A stretch of 42,049 nt of DNA, from contig JALXBF010000152.1 in assembly GCA_026991575.1 (NCBI GenBank), positions 1 through 42,049 of the forward strand, read 5' to 3'. The stretch is from Planctomycetota bacterium (GTDB lineage Bacteria; Planctomycetota; Planctomycetia; JALXBF01). The notes beneath the pieces are model-generated. The model saw only the letters and a program-made list of their open reading frames with translations, ran no database searches and was not told the origin of the DNA. How positions within the stretch are numbered: the stretch's first letter is position 1; the number at the start of each line of letters is the position of its first letter. Of this stretch, positions 34,619-42,049 are shown piece by piece. A program made the translations under genes and the position numbers.

Positions 34619-37513
34619 ATGCCCCACCAGTTGACCTTGCTGTATTGGCTGTGCGCGGGCGCGGTGATGCTGGCCGGCTCACTTCTGGCTGCGGACGAAC
34701 CACAGTTGCGTGTGGTGCCGGGCCTGACGATACGGCAGTTCTCCGGCCCTGAGCTCGCAACCAACATCTACACGCTCGCCCTGGATCCGCACGGCCATCC
34801 CACGGTTTCTGGGCCCGGCTACATCGCCATCCTTGTGGACCGTGACGGCGATGGCCGAGCGGATCTTGCCGAGCTCTTCGCATCGGCACCGCGAGAAGGA
34901 GCGCAGGGTCTGTACTGGGATGGCACCGACCTCTACGTCACCGGCGACGGCGCCGTCCTCCGGTACCAGGATCGCGATGGGGATCATCGACCCGACGACG
35001 AACCTGCTGTGTTGCTGCGCATCAAGACCGGTAGCGAACACGATGCCCATGCCATCCGGCGTGGCCCGGACGGATACTTTTATCTGGTTTGCGGCAACAT
35101 GACCGGGATCTCCTCGGACGTCGTCACCGATCCGGCATCGCCAGTGCGAGAACCGATCGCTGGAACCGTGCTGCGCATCAGCCCGGACTGGTCGCGCGTT
35201 TCGGTATACGCGCACGGATTCCGCAACGCTTATGACTTTGCGTTCAACTCCGACGGAGAACTGTTCACATACGACTCGGACAACGAACGTTGCCAGGCAC
35301 TGCCGTGGTACGAACCGACTCGGCTGTATCACGTTCTGCCTGGTGGCTTCTACGGCTGGCTCAGTCCGCAGCGCGCCGCATGGTGGCGTTATCCACCCTG
35401 GTTCCCGGACGTGGTGCCGCCGCTTCTTTATCTGGGCCGCGGCTCACCCACTGGCGTGGAAGCAGCGACGGTGCTGAGGTTGCCCGGCATCGGGCGACGC
35501 GACCTGATCGTTGCCGACTGGACGTTCGGTCGAATCATCCACGTTTCGCTGGAACCCGGCTCGGTGACCTACCGTGCCCGCAGTCGCGTACTGGTGCAAG
35601 CAACCGGCGGAGCCGGCTTCGCCCCGACGGACCTAGCCGCCGATCCGACCGATGGCAGCCTGTGGATCTGCATAGGCGGCCGAGGAACGCGGGGGGCGGT
35701 CTACCGGTTGAGTGCCGCGGCGCGCGCGACCGGTCACGAGCCGCGTACTCGGCAACCGGAAGCTCTGGCACCACACGATGTGGCGCTCTACCGGCGCCTG
35801 GCTACGGCGGTCCCGGGGACTGCCGCGCGCGCCGACTTGGACAGGGCACTTCGCAAGGGCGATCGTTTGCTGCTAGGAGCTGCCCTGCGGCACGCAGCTC
35901 AGGTGGCACACGACAGCGGGCTCAAGCGGCTGGTGGCCGGGCAGATCGTAGCCCTGTTTGCCACGGCCCGGAGCCGTCCGGACGAAACGCTGGACGCCGC
36001 ACAGCGGCTGCTAGCGAGCGACCTGCTGCCATGGCAGCAGCTCTGGGTCCTGCGGGCCGCTCAGCTTGCAAGCGGCGGCGTGGGGGGTGGAAGGTACCGC
36101 GGGCACGTCTGGTCCGGTTACAGCCCGTCCGAACCGCGCACGGTGCCGCCGGGCGCCGGACGGCTGGTTCATCGGATCGCAACGTTGGTGACAAGTCGTC
36201 ACCGCGCTGTGCGTTGGGAGGCGGCCAGGTGGTTGGCGATCGTTGGCGGGGGGAATGCTCCGCAGCAAGCTGCCCGGCAGCTGGTCCGCGCAGCGGCCAA
36301 CGCGGCCGACGCGTTGGAGCTGGAGCACATGCTCATCGCTTTTTCCCGGCTGCCTGCAACGGCTCGTGCGTCGCACACGGACTCGGTCGCCAGACTGCTG
36401 GTCGCCCTGCCGTACCGACTGGACAAAGCCAAAGTAGCGCGCGATCGGAACTGGCCGTACCGCATACGCGAGCTGTACGAGGCCCTGGCGCGGGGAGTAC
36501 CTTCGCTGCACGAAGCACTCCTGCGAGACGATCGCTTCGGGCATGCTAGCCACACCGCTTATCTGCTCGCGCCGAATTTTCCCACACGCGCAGGCATCCA
36601 ACGTTGCTACGAACTCTGGCGCCAGGGTCGTTTTTCGGCTTGGAACGAGCCGCTGGTGCGGTTGGCTCGCGAGCTTGAGCCGACACAGCGTCGCGTGCTG
36701 ATCGAACGCCTCTGGGCCGATGCTCCCGAGCTGCGTCCTGAGCTCCTGCTGCTGGTTGCCACGGCCCCCCGAACCGAGGATCGACCGCGACTGATCGAAG
36801 GCCTGACAGGTTATCGAGCCGACGTGGCAGCTGCGTGTCTTGATGCCTTGCGGATGCTGGGCGGCGCGGAGCGCGAAGGAGAGGCTGTGCTCCTGGCAGC
36901 ACGTTGGTGGCAGCGACTTGCACGAGAGAAGAAACCGGCTGAGGCCGCGCCGTTCGCAGCCTACGTACGAGCAGCGTTAGGGCAGGACCTCACCCGACCG
37001 GAAGAGGCGCTGGCCATAGTGCGACGGCGCTGGCCTACGGACGCAGCGTTGGACCGGACAGAGGGAGACTGGCTTAGCTGGGCGAACCGCCTCGAACGGG
37101 TCCGGTGGCGGGAGGGCAATGCCGAGCGCGGCCGGATGCTCTTCAAGAAGCTCGGATGCATCCATTGCCATAACGGCACGTCGTTCGTCGGGCCTGACCT
37201 GAGGGGGGTGACGCGACGCTTCTCGCGTCTGGATCTATTCCGCGCCATCGTGCTGCCCGACGAAATCGTACCAGAGCGTTACCGGGCAACGCGCTTCCTA
37301 CTGGCCGATGGTCGGGTGGTTGAAGGGATCGTTGTCTACGAGAGTGCACGGGTCGTGCTTGTCCACACGGCCGATGGCCTTGACGTGCGGCTGGATCCTC
37401 TCCAGGTGGAGCGGCGGGTGCAGACAGGCGGTTCTATAATGCCGAGGGGTCTGCTGCGGGGCCTGTCGGACCGAGAGATTGCGGATCTTTACGCCTACCT
37501 TCGGTCACTATGA
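34619..37513 (+). CDS. PVC-type heme-binding protein (dehydrogenase-like beta-propeller, helical repeats, cytochrome c)
   Basis: DRDGDGRAD, EHDAHAIRRGPDG, GFRNAYD...GELFTYDSD, GRGSPTG, GGRGT; C-terminal GNAERG...CIHCH...GPDL...SIMP..L...DLYAYL. Start is 34619 or 34577. Confidence 0.85.
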   Translation: MPHQLTLLYWLCAGAVMLAGSLLAADEPQLRVVPGLTIRQFSGPELATNIYTLALDPHGHPTVSGPGYIAILVDRDGDGRADLAELFASAPREGAQGLYWDGTDLYVTGDGAVLRYQDRDGDHRPDDEPAVLLRIKTGSEHDAHAIRRGPDGYFYLVCGNMTGISSDVVTDPASPVREPIAGTVLRISPDWSRVSVYAHGFRNAYDFAFNSDGELFTYDSDNERCQALPWYEPTRLYHVLPGGFYGWLSPQRAAWWRYPPWFPDVVPPLLYLGRGSPTGVEAATVLRLPGIGRRDLIVADWTFGRIIHVSLEPGSVTYRARSRVLVQATGGAGFAPTDLAADPTDGSLWICIGGRGTRGAVYRLSAAARATGHEPRTRQPEALAPHDVALYRRLATAVPGTAARADLDRALRKGDRLLLGAALRHAAQVAHDSGLKRLVAGQIVALFATARSRPDETLDAAQRLLASDLLPWQQLWVLRAAQLASGGVGGGRYRGHVWSGYSPSEPRTVPPGAGRLVHRIATLVTSRHRAVRWEAARWLAIVGGGNAPQQAARQLVRAAANAADALELEHMLIAFSRLPATARASHTDSVARLLVALPYRLDKAKVARDRNWPYRIRELYEALARGVPSLHEALLRDDRFGHASHTAYLLAPNFPTRAGIQRCYELWRQGRFSAWNEPLVRLARELEPTQRRVLIERLWADAPELRPELLLLVATAPRTEDRPRLIEGLTGYRADVAAACLDALRMLGGAEREGEAVLLAARWWQRLAREKKPAEAAPFAAYVRAALGQDLTRPEEALAIVRRRWPTDAALDRTEGDWLSWANRLERVRWREGNAERGRMLFKKLGCIHCHNGTSFVGPDLRGVTRRFSRLDLFRAIVLPDEIVPERYRATRFLLADGRVVEGIVVYESARVVLVHTADGLDVRLDPLQVERRVQTGGSIMPRGLLRGLSDREIADLYAYLRSL

Positions 37514-37798
37514 CGAGCGCCGGCTGCAGGATACCTTTCGCGCAGCAGGTACCGTAACTCATTACCAGGCCGGCCTCAAACAGCCTCAGGCACAAGCAGC
37601 CTGTGCCGTTCCGTGATGGCGTGTGCCAGCCACGTTGCGGGGATCGGCCGGCGTGCGACGATCTGTTGGACATGGTCGCGACAACGAGATGAGCGTTACC
37701 GTCGGCAGCGCGGTGGTAGCGAGCTCTTCGTCGCCGGTTGGGCCGCGGTACGGATTGCCCGCCGACTGCTCCGCGCAGCAGAGGAGGATTAACTCACG

Positions 37799-39055
37799 AT
37801 GCCACACCCGGACCTAGGGATCTGGTTTGTGGGCGCGTTCGGCTCGGTAGCTTCCACCACGGCACTGGGACTGGCCGCACTGCAGCGGTCCCTGGTAGCA
37901 ACCACGGGGCTGGTCACCGCGACACCGGAACTGGCTGCTTTGCCCCTGCCAAAGTTTGACCGTTTCGTAGTCGGCGGGCACGACATTCGTGCCGGCAGCA
38001 TGGAGCAATCGGTCCGCGAGCTGCACGAACGTGCCAATGTGCTCAACGAGGGGCTGATCAAGCAGTGCAGCGACGTGCTAGCGCAATGGGACCGGAACGT
38101 CCGGCCCGGGACGGTGTACCGGTGCGGTCAGGCAATCGAGCAGCTGGTCGATCGCGGCGACCTGAAGGAAGCACGCACGCCGCTGGTTCTCGTGGAGCAG
38201 ATCGCTGACGACATCCTTGAGTTCCGTAGCGACCACGGGCTGGATCATGTCATCGTGGTCAATTTGGCATCGACGGAACCACCCGTCGATTCCGAACAGC
38301 TACCCAAGCACTGGGACGAATTGGAACAGGCGCTGGCTAAAGGTACGGCCTCGCTACCTGCTTCATGCCTGTACGCGCTGGCTGCGATCCGCACGCACAG
38401 CTCGTACATCAACTTCACCCCCTCTGCGGGCATTTCGTTGGCGGCACTCCGCGAGCTGGCCGACCGGGAGGGTATCTTGTATGCAGGGCAAGACGGCAAG
38501 ACGGGCGAGACGTTGCTGAAGACGGTGCTTGCGCCGCTTTTCAAGCACCGTAACCTTCGAGTGCTAAGTTGGGTCGGCCACAACATCTTCGGCAACCGCG
38601 ACGGCCTGGTGCTCGACGATCCGCGGCACAAGGCGTCGAAGGTGAGGACGAAGGACCGTGTGCTTGGCGACATCCTCGGGTACACACCGCAGACGCTCGT
38701 GACCATCGAGTACATCGAGTCGCTCGCTGACTGGAAAACTGCCTGGGACCATGTCCACTTCGAAGGCTTCCTGGGAACCAAGATGGTGCTACAGTTCACC
38801 TGGCAAGGCTGCGACTCGCTGCTGGCGGCCCCACTCGTGCTCGATCTAGTTCGCCTTACGGCCTTTGAGTGGCAGCGGGGCGGCCGTGGATTGCAACGGC
38901 ACCTTGCGTCGTTCTTCAAGCGTCCGCTGGGCGTGGAGTGTCACGACTTCTTCGAGCAGTGGCAGCTACTGATCGAGTATGCCCGGCGTGCTGGTGAGCA
39001 GAGCCGTTGCGGACCGGATGGTGTGACGCACTCCAGGCACGTCCACGAGAACTGA
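37799..39055 (+). CDS. ino1: myo-inositol-1(3)-phosphate synthase
   Basis: VGAFGSVA NAD motif, VNLASTE, INFTPS, GQDGKTGETLLK, NIFGNRDG, DWKTAWD, WQGCDSLLAAPLVLDL; GAGGAGG RBS. Confidence 0.92.
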   Translation: MPHPDLGIWFVGAFGSVASTTALGLAALQRSLVATTGLVTATPELAALPLPKFDRFVVGGHDIRAGSMEQSVRELHERANVLNEGLIKQCSDVLAQWDRNVRPGTVYRCGQAIEQLVDRGDLKEARTPLVLVEQIADDILEFRSDHGLDHVIVVNLASTEPPVDSEQLPKHWDELEQALAKGTASLPASCLYALAAIRTHSSYINFTPSAGISLAALRELADREGILYAGQDGKTGETLLKTVLAPLFKHRNLRVLSWVGHNIFGNRDGLVLDDPRHKASKVRTKDRVLGDILGYTPQTLVTIEYIESLADWKTAWDHVHFEGFLGTKMVLQFTWQGCDSLLAAPLVLDLVRLTAFEWQRGGRGLQRHLASFFKRPLGVECHDFFEQWQLLIEYARRAGEQSRCGPDGVTHSRHVHEN

Positions 39056-39561
39056 ACGCACAATAGCTCCCCAAACTCCGGCAATAGCCACTGCAGCTAC
39101 CGTACGTAAGCCAACGAATGGTAGTGGCAGCGGTGTGACTTCCGCTCACAGCCGCGCTGCAACAGGCCCAGCCCTTCGATGCACGCCGGCCGGGAGCGTC
39201 CCCTCACCCTGTGCGGCTCCGGCAGGGACGGTAGTCACCGGCTCGCTTGGGGGTTCGTAGCGTCATGGGCACCTGCGGATGCTGGGGGCGGCAGCAGGCA
39301 CCGTGGCGTGCCTGCGGGGGGGCATGGTAGCGGAAGCTCACAAGCCTTGCGCCTCGGCAAGCCCCGCCGAGGTGGACGGCGCCGTGGTGGTGCTCACCAG
39401 TGGGCGAGTCCCGCACCGAAATGCGTCTGCCGCTGCCGGCCAGCACCATGGACAGCTATTGCGCGGGACGGCCTGGTAGCGGGTCCTTTACCTGCGAACG
39501 AGTGGCGGCTGCCGAAGGGGGATAAGCTTTCCGTACCAATGCCGGTGTGGCGCCGTCGTGA

Positions 39562-39909
39562 TCACACCGCCTCCGGGCCGCGCTCCCCGGTGCGGATACG
39601 CACGCAGTCCTCCAGTGGCAGAATGAAGATCTTGCCATCGCCGACTGCGCCTTCCGGACCGGTTCGACCGGCCTCCTGGATGGCACGCACCGTTGGTTCG
39701 ACGAAGTCTTCGTTGACAGCGATTTGCAGTTCGAGCTTCTGCGTCAGCTTCAGCGCCACTTCACGGCCTCGGTGTAACTCGGTCTGGCCCTTCTGACGAC
39801 CGAACCCCTGGCAATGCACCACGGTGAGTCGGAACACCTCCACCGCGGCCAGCGCCTCCTTGACGGCCTCGAGCCGTTCTGGTCGAATCGTGGCAATGAT
39901 CAGTTTCAT
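39562..39909 (-). CDS. glnB: P-II family nitrogen regulatory protein (GlnB/GlnK type)
   Basis: MKLIIATIRP, GFGRQKG, Lys58, GDGKIFI, VRIRTGERG; GGAG RBS. Confidence 0.93.
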   Translation of the reverse strand: MKLIIATIRPERLEAVKEALAAVEVFRLTVVHCQGFGRQKGQTELHRGREVALKLTQKLELQIAVNEDFVEPTVRAIQEAGRTGPEGAVGDGKIFILPLEDCVRIRTGERGPEAV

Positions 39910-40022
39910 CGCTGCGCTGTTTCTCCGGTCGTGACCATTGGCCCGGCAGTCTCAGCCGTGCGGCCGGCACCCGCGGCAGTAGCCCGTCTGCCGCGGCACC
40001 GACGCGCTGCCGAGTTACACAA

Positions 40023-40031
40023 TGGTACAAT
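40023..40031 (+). promoter_or_regulatory. Extended -10 promoter candidate for the epimerase-prenyltransferase operon
   Basis: TGGTACAAT (TGn-TACAAT) in the only AT-rich patch of this intergenic region. Confidence 0.4.
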
Positions 40032-40121
40032 TCGGGCGTTGACGCCGCGCCGCGGAGCCAGAGAGCAGCCGTATCGCAACGCCTTTCGAGTCACCGGTAG
40101 GACAGCGAGGAAGGAAAGGGG

Positions 40122-40973
40122 ATGAAGCTGGCCTTCAGCACGAATGCGTACATGCGCATGCCGCTAGAGCAGGCGATCGAGCGCATCGCGTCGATTGGCT
40201 ATGAGGGCGTTGAGCTGATGGCTGACGTCCCTCATCTATGGCCCGCCGGCCTGCTGGAGAGCCAGAAGCTGGCGTGCCGCCAAGCACTGCATCGATACGG
40301 CTTGGAAATTGCCAACATCAACGCGTTCATGATGAACGCAGTCGCTGATCCGCGCCAGCCCTACTGGTACCCGTCCTGGATCGAACCCTACGCGCCGTAC
40401 CGCCGAATTCGAATCGAGCACACGAAGCGAGCGCTGACGCTGGCTCGGGAGCTGGGCGCAGCGAATATCACCACCGAGCCAGGCGGACCGGTGCCTCCGC
40501 AGATGACCTTTGAAGTGGCCATGCGCACGTTCGTCGAGGTGCTGAAGCCAGTGGTCGAGCACGCCGAGCGTGAGGGCGTGCTGCTGTTGGTCGAACCGGA
40601 GCCTGGCTTGTTGATCGAACACTCCGATCAATTCCTGGACCTGGCTGAACGGATTCCCTCACCGGCACTGGGCGTGAACCTGGACATCGGGCACATGTTC
40701 TGCGTCGGCGAGGACCCGGCAGAGGCCATCCGGAAGCTGGCCGGCCATATCCGACACGTCCATCTGGAAGACATTGCCGCCAGCCGAGAGCACCGGCACC
40801 TGATCCCGGGCCATGGCGCGATCGACTTCCGCAGTTGCCTCGCAGCGCTCAGGGAAATCGGCTACAACGGCTGGATCACCATCGAGCTGTACCCGTACGT
40901 GGACGACCCGGACGCAGCGGCCAAGGAGGCATTCAGCGTCATCAAGCCGCTGCTCGATGAGATAGCACGCTAG
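40122..40973 (+). CDS. Sugar phosphate isomerase/epimerase (xylose-isomerase-like TIM barrel)
   Basis: GYEGVEL, metal ligands EPEP, DIGH, HVHLED, PGHGAIDF, GYNGWITIELY. Confidence 0.9.
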   Translation: MKLAFSTNAYMRMPLEQAIERIASIGYEGVELMADVPHLWPAGLLESQKLACRQALHRYGLEIANINAFMMNAVADPRQPYWYPSWIEPYAPYRRIRIEHTKRALTLARELGAANITTEPGGPVPPQMTFEVAMRTFVEVLKPVVEHAEREGVLLLVEPEPGLLIEHSDQFLDLAERIPSPALGVNLDIGHMFCVGEDPAEAIRKLAGHIRHVHLEDIAASREHRHLIPGHGAIDFRSCLAALREIGYNGWITIELYPYVDDPDAAAKEAFSVIKPLLDEIAR

Positions 40974-40984
40974 GGGGCCGGGCC

Positions 40985-41983
40985 ATGGCCTCCACCACCT
41001 GGCAACGCGCCCTTCCATACCTGCGCCTGGCCCGTGCGGCTAACGTCTTCACCGCGTGGTCCGACGTCCTGGCTGCCGCCCTGATCTGCGGCCTCGGATG
41101 GCAAGGCGATTGGTCTGCCGTGTTGCTGCTGGTGCTGGCCAGCTCCGGGCTGTATCTGGGCGGCATGGTGCTGAATGACGTTGCAGACTACGCCCGCGAC
41201 TGTGTAGAGCGGCCCGAGCGGCCACTGCCGTCGGGTGCGGTCGGCCGACGCGCGGCCGTCTGGCTTGCCATCGGGCTTCTGGCCGTCGGCGTAAGTGCCG
41301 CGTTTGCCGCCGGCATGCGATCCGGGGTGGTGGCCGTGCTGCTGGTAGCGGCCATTGCTCTGTACGACCTGCTGTTGAAGGACACCGGGTTTGGACCGGT
41401 GGCCATGGGCCTGTGTCGCTGTCTGAACTTTTGCCTTGGCCTGTCGGCGTTCGAACACGCGCTGTGGCTCCCGACAGACTTGACCGTGCCGCTGGTCGGG
41501 CGGGTGGGCACGATGGCCGCCGTTGGGCTTGGGTTGTACACGATGTCGGTGACTCGGTTTGCACGACGTGAGGTGGCCGGCGGCGGTCGGATCGAGCTGG
41601 CCACGGCAGTCCTGGGTATGAATCTGGCTGTTTTGATGGGGGGCTTCGCGGGCCTGGCGCTCCGCTCTAGCGAAATGGGACTTCCTGTGCCCGGTCCCTG
41701 GCCCTGGGCATCCTACCATGTGCACGCCGTGCAGAACGATGACTGGCTGCTACGGTTCGCCTGGTGGGGCGTGCTACTGGTCTGGGTAAACGCCGTCCCA
41801 TTGCGTGCGTTGCTGTTTGCCACGCCCGAGCATATCCGCACCAGCGTGCGCTGGCTGCTGATAGGTATCGTGCTGTACGACATGGCAGTCGTCGGCATGG
41901 TCCGGGGACCACTTGTGGCATTGCTGTTACTGCCGCTGGCTGTGTTACCAGGTTGGCTCAGCCGGTTCGTGCCGGCCACGTGA
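40985..41983 (+). CDS. UbiA-family prenyltransferase (EboC/SCO3242-like)
   Basis: RAANVFTAWSD, LYLGGMVLNDVADYARD..ERPERPLPSG, YDLLLK, MGLCRCLN; multiple TM helices. Confidence 0.9.
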   Translation: MASTTWQRALPYLRLARAANVFTAWSDVLAAALICGLGWQGDWSAVLLLVLASSGLYLGGMVLNDVADYARDCVERPERPLPSGAVGRRAAVWLAIGLLAVGVSAAFAAGMRSGVVAVLLVAAIALYDLLLKDTGFGPVAMGLCRCLNFCLGLSAFEHALWLPTDLTVPLVGRVGTMAAVGLGLYTMSVTRFARREVAGGGRIELATAVLGMNLAVLMGGFAGLALRSSEMGLPVPGPWPWASYHVHAVQNDDWLLRFAWWGVLLVWVNAVPLRALLFATPEHIRTSVRWLLIGIVLYDMAVVGMVRGPLVALLLLPLAVLPGWLSRFVPAT

Positions 41984-42049
41984 TCGGTTGGCGGCGGCAA
42001 CGTGTCGCTGGCCCTGGCAGCGTGCTCCGCGGTGCCAGGTCGCACAGCG

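Noticed and set aside
1..42049. CRISPR array, IS element, rRNA, RNase P or SRP RNA
   Set aside because: No regularly spaced repeats, transposase motifs or the conserved signatures of these RNAs were seen by eye.

Overview
High-GC (roughly two-thirds by eye) bacterial chromosome segment whose gene content points to Planctomycetota: long LptD/OstA, a PVC-type CxxCH heme protein, secreted Cys-type sulfatases and a P-II lacking Tyr51. In order it holds an alpha/beta hydrolase behind a promoter-leader-terminator element, a B12 radical SAM enzyme, a DUF2339/DUF3999-like membrane pair, a frameshifted GH78 rhamnosidase relic, lptD, a degenerate DgkA-like protein, tRNA-Lys(CUU), two sulfatases, a ceramidase-like hydrolase and a two-subunit NAD-linked formate dehydrogenase. 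These are followed by a DinB-family protein, era, a BNR/Asp-box protein, a seven-gene surface-glycosylation operon (GT2, GT4, GT9, a 70-aa ORF, a GT-C, an alpha-helical barrel protein and a flippase-like protein), a PVC heme-c protein, and an ebo-like module (inositol-3-phosphate synthase, TIM-barrel epimerase, EboC-like prenyltransferase) split by an opposite-strand P-II gene. I saw no integrase, transposase, CRISPR array or rRNA. All family calls come from motif recognition by eye, with no database searches.
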